A stretch of DNA of 64,000 nucleotides from Lytechinus pictus (lineage: Eukaryota). Positions 1-11,800 of the stretch are shown in pieces; within the stretch, counting starts at the first letter, position 1, and the number at the start of each line of letters is the position of its first letter. A model generated the notes under the pieces. The model was not told the DNA's origin, did not search any database, and was given only the letters and a program-made list of their open reading frames with translations. The stretch spans positions 9,302,001 through 9,366,000 of the forward strand of contig NC_087246.1 in NCBI RefSeq assembly GCF_037042905.1, in the 5' to 3' direction. The position numbers were made by a program, and so were the translations under genes.

Positions 1-138
1 AACGACTGATGAACCTTTCTTACGTGCTGCATAATCACCAATGAACATTAATGGTGAATATCATTTACCACAAGAAAGGTTCACCAGTCGTTCTTAAAGT
101 CACTCTTAACTTGCGAACAGCTTTATGAAACAGGCCCC
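1..138. mobile_element. Palindromic MITE (PIF/Harbinger-like end), cut by the window edge
   Basis: aacgactgatgaacctttctt (1-21) pairs with aagaaaggttcaccagtcgtt (72-92). Ends in tttatgaaacaggcccc followed by CAG. Confidence 0.65.
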
Positions 139-1713
139 CAGGTCAGTAAACTGTAACAGGACTCACCGGATTGACAAAGTAGGATATAGGATGAGAGATG
201 TTTGGTTATAGTCAAAGAAAGTTTGAAATAATACAAGGAGGTAATTTTAAGTATGAGATGGGAAGAGAAGTGACATTGTTCACATTAGTTGATAATTATA
301 CTAACTTTTATAGTTTGTATGTGTTACCTATTCAGTAGCTTATGTAATGGCCGATATATCTGATTAGATCTTAACTTGGTCTGTCAAAATATACTCTATG
401 CATGTGTGTGCTACAAAATTCTTTTGAACCGTCCTTGTAAATTGGTTTGAAGATTGTTTTAACTTGAATGAAATCTACAAATTTACTTATTTGCATGTTT
501 GCTATTACTTGTTTATGCTTTGATAATTTCTTGTTCATATTGGATATGAAAGAAAACACCCTTTGTCTATCTTTTCTACATACTGTACTGTACATAACCA
601 ATTTGTAAATTGTATTTATTTCAAGATGCAAACCTTGAGCAATAAATGTTTGGATGTTCTTATATATTGTCCACTTGTTTGTGTTTCAAACATTTTCATG
701 ATTTTTTTTCTTTGAGATTTCAGAGAGTTTATTATAAACCCCTGAAATTAACCTCTGCATTGATATACTAAGTAGAGATAAAATAAGAGAAAATAATAGA
801 AAAAGAAAACAAACAAGGAAAAATGATGTCTAGAAAAGAAAAGGAGTTATGAGAAAAGAGAGAGATAAGAGAAGCAAATAAAGTGAGATGAGATAAAGCG
901 AGAAAGGACAAAGATTAGAAAAGAAAAGGCAAGACGCTAAGGGTATCCCTATTACGAAAGGGGGTGGGATAGGAAGAAAGAGAGAAAGGCATGACAATTT
1001 TAGAGGCTAGCTGAAGCAGAGAGGGAGAAGGAACAAAACAACAAAATAAATACTATCATAAATAATGACAACTTTTTAACTTTTATTCATCAGAACATGA
1101 TACAATTATCAATACAATGATATGAAAATTTGAATTTCATACATGTACATAGAGAGGTACTTGGCTGAAAACCTGATTAGAGTTGTATTATGTGGTCTTA
1201 CAAATCCCTTCATAATTTACAACATTAATTATGATTCTAGAGGGTAAAAATTTGGGAAGAGAATATTTGAAGAGTTTAGACTGATTTGTATTCTCATGCT
1301 GCAATTTACTGTGGGGGGGGGGGGGTGAGGAGGGGGATGGTAATGACTCAAGAACTATTCTCTTCCATTGATTCTTATTTGTGTTAACATGAAAATGCTG
1401 GTGTATTCATACCTAAGCAGTGGCAACAGGTTGATTTATATCTACATACCAAACGTTTCTTTCCCAAATGGCAATGGCAACTGCTGTCCAAAATGTCAGT
1501 ACCACAAATCCGTGCACTCTAAGATCCCAAGATGAGATAAATGGAGAATAAAAATGTTATACGGAAAACACCGTAATGCCTTTTTCTATAACAATTCATC
1601 CTATTGCCTATATACTAGTACAGTACATAATTGCAAGTTTACTTAAAGTTGGCAAAATAGAAGAAAAAAACAAGATACCACTGCAAATTAAATAATAATA
1701 TTCCACATTTATA

Positions 1714-2408
1714 CAGTGCGTCCCAGAAAAAACTAAACCGAGATCAAACGACGATTTATCATAACTACCAAAAACTCATTTGGCGGGGGGTATCTGAATT
1801 TCAAAAAGAAAATCACATGCCTAAAAAGTTAAATATCTGCTCTTTTATTTGATACCTTAATCACAAAAAATGGTCAAGAAGTAAAAAAGTTATGTTCTCT
1901 CGAAACAATGCTTGTATTTCCATAATTTCATTAAATAAACGTGTTTTCACCGGTTTCCCACAGAAGCTATCGCATGGTTAACAAAAGACTTAATGCATGG
2001 CTGATCGTCAGCAAAACGGAGTGTGGAGTGAGTTTGAACGCTAGCCTGTAAAACCTCTTCATTTTATGAAATTATTGAAATTCAAGCCTTATTTCAAATA
2101 ACCAGAACTTTGTTATTTCTTGACCATTTTCTGTAATCGAGGTATCAAATTAAAGAGCAGATATTGAACTTTTTAGGCATGTGGTTTTCCTTTTGAAACC
2201 CAGATACAGCCCGCCAAATGACTTTTTGGTATCCCCTCTTCAAATTGTTTTTGCTCACTCATGCGTGAATGATAAATAATCTAAGTAATTTCAGATGAAA
2301 GAGGAGATTCTAAGCTTTACAATGGTATGTCATTTGTCTATTGTATTTGTGATTAAGTTATGATAAATCATCGATAAATCTCGGTTTCGTTTTTTGTGGG
2401 ATGCACTA
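1714..2408. mobile_element. Non-autonomous Tc1/mariner-like element
   Basis: TA-cagtgcgtcccagaaaaaactaaaccgagat...atctcggtttcgttttttgtgggatgcacta-TA, with further internal inverted arms (about 1770-1880 vs 2120-2230). Confidence 0.8.
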
Positions 2409-2410
2409 TA

Positions 2411-2733
2411 TAGCGCTTAACACATTGGAACGACGTCTCTAAGCGCTTTACAGATATATTATTACCCCGGTCAACGGATCCTTGCATGCCCGCATACAAT
2501 GTATGCACCTTCTCCACTCCCTGGGGAGCATTCCAACAAGAGTTCCAAGACTTAATTGCTAGGCATACTACATAGGCTTTCGCATCGTACCAGGTACCCA
2601 TTTAACACCTGGGTGGAGAGTGACAAATTGTGGATTGACGTCTTGCCATAGGACGCTAGGCCATGGTGGGATTCGAACACACGACCCTCTGATTACAAGG
2701 CGAGAGTCAGAACCTCTACACCACGACGCTTCC
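2411..2733 (-). mobile_element. tRNA-derived SINE
   Basis: Minus strand has A box TGGTGTAGAGG and B box GTTCGAATCC, a central ctctccacccaggtgttaaatgggtacc domain, and a LINE-like tail aagcgcttagagacg...taagcgctata. Confidence 0.8.
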
Positions 2734-4967
2734 ACATTGAGATCGAGATGAGTGTAAACGATTCTAATCAATTCAAATGCAGACTTGACTAAATTCTTTT
2801 ATCAAGCAGAACAATGTACAGTGTATCAGATTTTAATAAAAATTCAGCTAAAATAAAGCTAAGACTTGATGCGATTAACATCCAGATTAAGCCCGAAAGG
2901 GGTACCTATGTTAGGCGAAGTGCATGGCAGAATTTCATGAAAGCTTATCAGCACTGACAATTTCAGTGAAATCCTTGGGTTTGATTGACTGAAAATCACT
3001 GGCCTCTGTAAAATACGATAATTGTCAGAGAGTTGTCAGTACTGACATGCAACAGACTCTAATTTGTAAATAAGAAAATGCACAAACAACCAGTCAGCCA
3101 TAATACATGTACTACATGTATGAGCCTTCCGACTATATATTTCAAAGATGATGTTTTTACAAAAGTTATATTCAATTCATTGTAATCTGTAGCATTGGAA
3201 ATGTCCCAATGTCCATGGTAGTATGTACATATTTACATATATACAACAAAATACAGTGGAAAATTCAACAAACATGCCAAATGGTTCTGTTTTCTATCAT
3301 ACATGAATGTCGAGTGATCATTTCACAAAAGTAACTTAATTCCGATGACTCACATTAGAAGTGAAGTATGAAAAGATTTAATCATATTCCTTGGATATTC
3401 AACAGTGCTTTGAAAAAGTGTCAACATTCATCATAACTGAGCAATAAAGCTCTCATTTCAATTAAATACAGATGTTTTGTATCGCACAATCAAAATAGCT
3501 TTCATTTTCACCTTCATAAACCACAGAATAGTGAGAAATACTTACAATTTTTACAGATAATACATGTAGTTTCAGTTGCAGTGTGATAATTACAGTACTG
3601 TACAATGTTGGAGTTTTTATTCTGTATTCTTTATGTCAGCTATCCGTAAAATTACTCTATCATAACAGGGCCCTGTATCATGAATGATCAAATCAATTGT
3701 ATAATTGATTATAAATCAAAGTCTATGACAAAATTTTTACTAATAACTTTATTCACATCACAGGGTCCAACACCTACAATCAAACTTTAAAAATGTCCAA
3801 ATTACACAAATACCAGGGACTCAGTTTTAAGGCGAATAAGAGCGATCACTCGCTACGGATCCGCCTTAACCCATTTCAGGTAGAGTGATTTATTGCTTGC
3901 CTCAACGATCACCGAACAAGAGTGTCAGTCAATGATCAAACTGTTAAAATCAACCTTGAAAACCTCATTCTCAGTCAAGGTTTTAGAAATAACTAGTGAA
4001 TTACACAATTACATGTATATTGTTAGCAATAACAAAAATTTCAAGAATGATATTAAAAAGTTCATTGAGATAAATATTGCATAAATCTGATTGTCTCTTG
4101 GTTGTGGGTTGTAACATGGTGTACATTCCTCCATCCATTTTGTAATCGGGTAAAAGAACTCCCCTAGTATGTCCAACAAGAGCTTTTTGTAGTTCTCCCC
4201 TACTGCTCCCCTTCAAAGATTTAGTTTAGGAGAGTATTTTTTTTATTGCTACCCTCATAATTATCAAACTGAGTCCCTTAAATACCTTCATTTCAATTGC
4301 AAAAAAAAGATGGAAAATTCCCATAATACATATTTTTTTTCAAATTCAAATTCATCTGATTAACCATATTCATATAATAAATCATTATCTCACAGCAGTA
4401 AGCATTGTTGACCGTTAAAGCATAATCATTACAACTGGAGTTTGCTAATAAGAGTGTGCTGAATGATCTAGTGATAAAAACTAAATTTTGAACAGCCTGA
4501 ATGCACCATTGTTTTGTGAATTAACTGCTTTATATCCAAGGTTATTACGAGTATGACTACTAATAAATAAATTTCTAATTCTGTATTCCACATAGATAGG
4601 ACAGGTATTGCCACTTTCTCTACTAAACAATATGATGTTGGCATTTTGACAGAATACAATTTTATTGGAATATTATTTGATAATCATACTGGGGTGTCAC
4701 CTTCATTGAACTAATAAATTTGAATTGTATTCATTCAAAATATGTTCAAATCAAAAGCTGGATAATTTCTAGTATGTAACCTATGTCAAATAAAATACAC
4801 AGACTACAGAGTGCTATGAAGGCATTGTTTAACATCAGATCTTGTGTATGGTCAAACTTTGGAATAAGTTGTCGGGGGGGGGGGCAATAGGGCTTCATTC
4901 CTTGCTTACTTCAATGAAGCCTTACCTTTTTTTCTTAAAGTTGTTAATTAGTTTTTTTATTAACTTT

Positions 4968-5245
4968 GTGTGTCATCATAAAAAAAATGTTTATCCCAAG
5001 ATCAGTCACTGAGAAACGTAAGAAATCTTTTAACATAAGAATGAGAAAACCTTGGAATAGTCTAAGTAATGAATTAGTTAATGCACCCATGTGTCTACAG
5101 CTTTGAGAATGGACTGGATAAGTATTGGAGATGTGAACCAGTGAAGTTCAAATTTGACGCTGACCCGCCAGGACATGATCTGGCCAAGAGGAAAAGGAGA
5201 TTGGAGCTGAATACAGAGGCCTGCATACAGAAGCACCCATAAGTG
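4968..5245 (+). mobile_element. CR1-type LINE 3' fragment (degenerate ORF2 C-terminus)
   Basis: Reads ...HHKK..TEKRKKSFNIRMRKPWNSLSNELVNAP/(frameshift)VYSFENGLDKYWRCEPVKFKFDA. This matches the CR1 ORF2 end pattern RxxFFxxRxxxxWNSLxxxVVxAxSxxSFKxxLDxxW. Confidence 0.7.
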
Positions 5246-6159
5246 TATACAGTAGCAATGTTAGGATCTCTGTTACATGATGACAGCACGGTTGAATGTA
5301 TAATATACAGTTGAGAATAGCATTCAAACAAACACAATGTATTGCCAATTTGTTCTTCGGTGATGATTACAATAATTTGAAAAATATAGTGTAACTAGTA
5401 TGTATGAAGTAGCTGTCCTATAATAAATATTCTAATCACCATTGATATTATTGAAGCTTTGGTAAAAACTAAGAACAAAGTCTTCAAAAGAGCAAGAAAG
5501 AAAGAAAACTAAATTAATACAATATAAAGGAGAAAATCATGTGATGAGGACAATGATTTCAGAAGATCTTGCAGAAGGTCTGCTAGCACATTTTTACTCG
5601 CTATACCATAATATTATAATTAATGGGGGACCAATCATTTTTATGCTGGATCATTCCTACGTAATAAACTTCCACAAGACATCCTTAGTATTTCATGTCT
5701 AATCACCTTCAAAAGTTCACTAAAATTCTGATTATTTAGACGAGCTTTCCAGTAAATGTAACTCCACTCTTTAATGTGTTTCCAATTCCTTTTTGTTCTT
5801 TACTGTCTCCTAAGCACCCTCTCATGATGGATACCGATGCATTACAAATGTCCATGTTATTATTAGATGGTATATGTAAACAGGATAAACATTAAAGAGC
5901 TTTCAGGATGTCATGAAATAGACTGGTCTTAGTTACAGAGAGGTTAGAACAAGGATTTATGACAGATGGTGATGGAGATACATCAAAACTTTCAAATGAT
6001 GGCAGTAGATGATGTATATGATCTTTTAACAGCCATTATATTGTGCTTGTTTTAATATTTTCAGAGACATTCACAAAAATAATGCATGCAAATTTACAAA
6101 ATCTTGTTATACACACAAGCCAGAAATTGAAGATTATGTACAGTTTCAGGCTAATAGAT

Positions 6160-6340
6160 TCCGGTGACCCGCGTTTGATTCCCACTTGGAGCGCTAGTGT
6201 CCTTTGGTAAGGCATTCATCCTCATTACCAGGTCCCTTGGAGAGGACCTTAAGCCTTCGGTCCTCTGGTTGCTTCCTTACAAGCATTTATGCTTTCTTAG
6301 CAATTAGGTAAAGAATCACCACCATTTACCATTACCATTA
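6160..6340 (+). mobile_element. SINE fragment
   Basis: Degenerate B box gtttgattccc, then gtgtcctttggtaaggcatt...ggagaggaccttaagcc and an (ACCATT)-like tail. Confidence 0.5.
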
Positions 6341-7487
6341 AAAAAAATTAAAATCCCAGTACCACAGTACACTATATCTACGATCCAGATACATTTTACA
6401 AAGATTTATTGTATTCAGACATTGGATTTGATATGAAATATGCCATCAACTGATGGCAAGGTGCATAATTATTCTGTCCTTTTGGAAGGGGGGAATTTAT
6501 TTTTCAGTCAGATTTTCTGACATGGCCCATAAATCCCAAACAGACCTTAAGCACACAGCCAAACATAAAATTAGAACTAACCCAAAAACAAATATACTAA
6601 TAATTACAATCTATCAAGTCACATACAAAGGAATGTCAAAACAAACTAAAGTATATTTTGTTTTTTTTTTTTCTTCAAATTTTGAGGTAAGCCACAACAA
6701 TATCATAAATTTGGATGGCAAGTAGGAAAAAATAAATGGCCACAAAAAATGAAAAGACCTAATGCTAACTTCAACATGTTGTACTATCTTGACATGGAAA
6801 AATTGAAAATAGCACTAAGCATAATTTGCTATTAACCACTGCATGTGTGATTGAGATTCTAAGGCACATCAGCATCCTAACTTTGAATAAAATTATCAAA
6901 ACTGTGAACAAGACTAGATAGCACAATGCAGGTAGGTCATCTAGTATTATAAAAGTATTTCATATTAATTTTCTATAAAAATGCACAAAACAAAAGATTG
7001 TTTTTTAAAAGCCCTAGTTTTCACAGCACAGAATGTAGACTGTAAAATACTAGCTTCGGAATAAAAAGAGCAAACAATATAAATATGGCAAAAACACAGG
7101 CGAATGCAAAATGAAAATATAAACCAGTAATTATCAATTTGTTGTGACATTTCTATATTGACATCACTAATTTTTATAGGCTTAACCTAACATTACTCAT
7201 AAAAAAATAAAAAACACAGCTGCTATAGGGGAAAGGAGACATAGAAATAATCTACAATGTGATTATCATCTAGTCTGTATAATTGACATGATATGAATCC
7301 TTATCACTACAATGGAATTTGGCACACTTGAAAATGGACATGATTTAAAATTCAACTGAAACAAGGCAAATTGATTTTGTTTCTCGCCCACTTTATACGA
7401 AAATAACCAGAAATATTGTGATTTGCGAGGGCACGCAACAGAATTGTATCGATACTTCATTGTGAAATGACTGGGATGGAATAACAC

Positions 7488-8055
7488 TTGTCATAAAAGC
7501 CTTGCACGTAAACTTTAATGTTGACCTGAAAATGACCTTTGACCTTACCATGTGACCTCCAACTGCAGCATAAAATGCAGGTCGCCTAAGTACATCTACT
7601 ATACAAGTTTTGTTGAAAAGAGACTTCCGGTTGCGGAGTCAGGTGTCATAAGAGAGTCTTGCATGTAAACTTTAACGTTGACCTGAAAATGACCTTTGAC
7701 CTTACCATGTTACCTCCGACTGCAGCATAACATGCAGGTCCCGCAAGTCCATCTACCATTTAAGTTTGGTTGAAAAGTGACATACGGTTGCGGAGTTATC
7801 ATAAGAAAGTCTTGCATGTTAACTTTAACGTTGACCTGAAAATGACCTTTGACCTTACCAATTGACCTCCGACTGCAGCATAACATGCAGGTCCCCCAAG
7901 TCCATCTACCATCCAAGTTTGGTTGAAAAGCGACTTACGGTTGTGGAGTAATGTGTCATTAGGTTTGTGACGGACAAACGACGGACGGAGGAAAGACCAC
8001 GGACGACATTTGGATCCCTAAGTCTCGCCTTCACCTCTGGTGGGCGAGACAAAAA
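7488..8055 (+). mobile_element. Helentron/DINE-1-like non-autonomous element with internal tandem repeats of about 155 bp
   Basis: Three copies of ttgacctgaaaatgacctttgacctt..., a GACG/GACA microrepeat, and a 3' hairpin gtctcgcc...ggcgagac followed by AAAAA. Confidence 0.65.
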
Positions 8056-8852
8056 GGGATCAAATGACTTCCAACGGAATACACATAATGATGAGTGTTT
8101 TTCAAATTCATCTCCTCTTAATTATTATTCCCCTTATGAAGAAAAAAAAAAGAATTTTTAGAGACCTAATTGTTAACATAAGGAATACAAAATAATGAAT
8201 TTTGGGTACATGAAAATATAATACATGGCAAAAAGGTGAGTCAATCACTCATCAAAATATCATTCAGAAACATTTCTATAATACAAAAAAGTGACTTGCT
8301 GGAAAGAATACATATCATGGAGCATTATTCAAACAAAATGTTTACTTTAAACCTTCATCTAAATACTTGCAAAGGTTTCTTTGGGATACAAACATTGGCT
8401 GTTCCAACTGACCTTTAACCTTATTACCCTCAATTAAAAACAGATAGTAACTTCAGTCTTCGTATAAAATATGAACATAGCTTTAAGTTGAACAATCTAA
8501 TGTTTCTTTTCATATGGACATGAAACAGGGCATACATACATAGATCGGCAAAAGAGTCAACATGCCTCCAGAACCCAGTTTCACATAAAAACTTTCGGAG
8601 CACAAACAATTATTTTGTACAAGTAGATGTCTCTTAAACTAAGCAATTTGTGTCTTCAGGGTGAAGTAACATAAGAGATGCAATTTATATATAATTTACA
8701 ATCAATAGTAACTGTCTGTGATTTTGGTAGAAAATTACAGTTACATTCAATTGTAAAAATTGATTGCATCTACTACTAGTATGTTACATAGCCTTGATGA
8801 GTAGATGGGATTACGTTGAATACCTTATGGTGTGAGGCATGATGGGTAGTGA

Positions 8853-11800
8853 TCATCTGTGCATCCCTATTTTCTTGGAATATGAGATCCCATCGTGCCT
8901 TGTAGCTGCCTGTAATACAGTTTGTAAAGAAGGAAATGTCAATTGAAACTAAAGTATTGATGTCATGAATGGAGGCAAAGTCACATGGTTTTGTTGTTGT
9001 TTTTCTATAAACAGAAAAAAGTCTGAATAATAAGCCTACCAGGGGCTAACTGGAATTGAGTATTAGTGGCACATGCTCCTTGTAACATGTGCTAGCCTTG
9101 TTTTAAGACCTGCTTGTTAAATGTTGATATTGGTCCGGCCTGCAGACTACACGCCAACTGAACACCCCCCCCCCCCCCCTGCGTCTGACTTCCAGTAACA
9201 AAGACCGTTGCAATTATTATCTAAGACTGGACTGGACTACAACAATAATAATGAGTTTTACAGTACTTTACAGCAGCCATTCTCAATTACTTTTTTTGAA
9301 GCTCCACATTTGTTGTTGAGAATCTGTAATGCTCCACTATCCATTACGCGAACCAGCAACGTTAGGCGTTGCACTGCACTAACGCCCAAAACTGCCCCTC
9401 TCTCTCTACAACTCAAGTGCAGTATCATTCATTCAGTTCGTGTTAAGCAAGAGTGCATGCAGGCAATCACGGCAGGCAATATACATCTGAGCATATTTCA
9501 CTTTTACAACTTCAGATTTTAATCGGCTTCGGAAACAAAGTTTCTGCTTGTTATGTCCCAAATTCATAGTCTTTTATGATCAGGATGTTCTTTGAATATC
9601 ATATTATTTGATGTTTAACTCTTAACCAAAACGTATATTCTGGAAATGCAAAATTTCTCGCCGTTGAAATAGAAATCCTACAAACGAGGCTTTCAAATCA
9701 CTTGTGTGGCACATTAACTTTGTACAGCATCGAATAAATAAAAAGGAGAACACCATCGATCCTCCATAATAGGGGTTATCGAGTGATGAATTGGACAAAA
9801 TTTGAGGAAATCAATTAGCAATTAAGTGCCAAGTAAAGAGTTTTTGTTTTCTCTTTGTATTAAAATGATCACCAAATCCTTATTTCCAGGTTACCGGTAG
9901 ATACATTTTTTCTCCCCAATTTTTCCTTATTTTTACTTTTTTTATACCGGCTCCCAAGCGCCACTCCGCAAGGCTCGGTGCGCCACAAGTGGCGCGCGCA
10001 CCACCATTTGAGAATCCCTGCTTTACAGTATCGTTTGGAATGATATGGGTTTGAAAAAAGTTTGAAATCTTGGAAGTCATCATCAGAGATTAATGCATTA
10101 AAGGCTGTCAGTCCTTATCCTGGATACCAGTATTACTGTTTAAGAAAATTTTCAATGCCATATAAAGTATCAGGTTTCAATGCCATATAAAAAAAAAAGT
10201 ATTAAAAGAAATAAGTTATTATCAAACATTGTCACATCCCTTCAGTTTGATCCTTTGAATGTTTAACTGACCTTGTTGATTTCCTTGTGTCTATCTCTGC
10301 TGACTATCTCTTCAATAACTTCTCCACTTCCTCGAATCAACCTGCGAGTCAAATTGTCATATAATAGATTTGATGAATAGTTTAATATAGGCCTGCTGGT
10401 TTCTAGTAGATAATTTATATCATAAAAGAGGCTTAAATTCACTGTCCATTTTTATTTCAAATTTCAATTCAGCGACACATAAGCAATTACAATCACAACA
10501 TGTACATTACATCACTGTTGTGTTCATTGTAGCCACATAATGATGACAATATGTCACTTTTATACAGTATATTGCTTTCTACACCAGGAAATCATCTCTA
10601 AATGCTTTACAAACAGGTGCATCATATGTGAAATACACCTTCACGAGGGCGATACTTTCACCAGCAACTCTACCAGCCTGTCTCACCAAATCAAGGGCAA
10701 CATCACATGCACTACCACTAATGTTGTATATCTCATCACTTGCAGAGTTTGTAGGGTACAATACATAGGGGAAACCAAGACCACACTCAAGAAACGATTC
10801 TACGGGCACAGATCCACCGTCAACACAGCAAAGCTGGACACTCCAGTTGGCCGCCATTTTAACCTCCCCAACCACTCCATCACTGACATGATGCTACAGG
10901 GCATCGAATCTTTAGGTACCCGTCCTGACTCAGTCCGTACTAGCAGGGAGAAGCTCTGGATGAGACGACTTCGCACCACCCAACCTCATGGCCTGAACAT
11001 CCAAGAGGGGAACGACTGATTTTTCTTTCCTATCCACTCTCAATTTATATATACATATAATTTTTCCCCTCAGCTCTTTTGAATAGTTACATTATAGTTT
11101 CTTACTCTACTTTCCTCCCATATCTCATACAAGCTCAGCTCCAATTTTTCCTTCCTTATTCAGGCGATATAATAATTATTATATATATATATATATATAT
11201 TTGTTTTTTCTCCACTCACCTCTTTTAGATTTACCTCATTTGCTTATTTACATGTATACTATGGTTTCTTCATAATACACCCCCTCTCTTCTATATCTGC
11301 TTTTACCTTTTTAGGCAATTTGCTTCCTCTTTTTCACATATACAGGTTTGTTTGTTTGTTGTTGTTTTTTTTTTTCCTACTATATAGTCTTATGTTTTTT
11401 TCCCGTCACACCTAGCGGATTACAATATCAGTTACACCATATGTGTATTTATATATTTGTTCATATACATTTCTTTTTTTGATATATTTATTTACATATC
11501 ACTTATAGATACATATTTACACTTACCTTCTTCTCTTAGTTTGTTTAATGCTTTATCATATATACTTATATGTCTTTTGCACATTATCAGTTGTTCCCCA
11601 TTCTTTTTCTTTTTTCCCCCCACTCTTATGCACCAGTTTATTAAGCCTTTCTTTGTAACCTGTTTGACCCACCTCTCACTAATTCTCTTGTTTTTCATCC
11701 CATTATCACTGTTTTGTTCCAGATCCTGTTTGATGTTGCCTGCCTCATTATTTTATTCCCTCTTGGCTTGAGGTCTTTTACTGGCCTTACTTACACTAAC

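Noticed and set aside
2660..2733. Possible tRNA gene
   Set aside because: A and B boxes are present, but it continues into a SINE body and tail and lacks a proper acceptor stem.
3827..3869. Hairpin ttaaggcgaat...agcga-tcac-tcgct...atccgccttaa
   Set aside because: It is isolated with no supporting ncRNA motifs and is most likely a MITE remnant.
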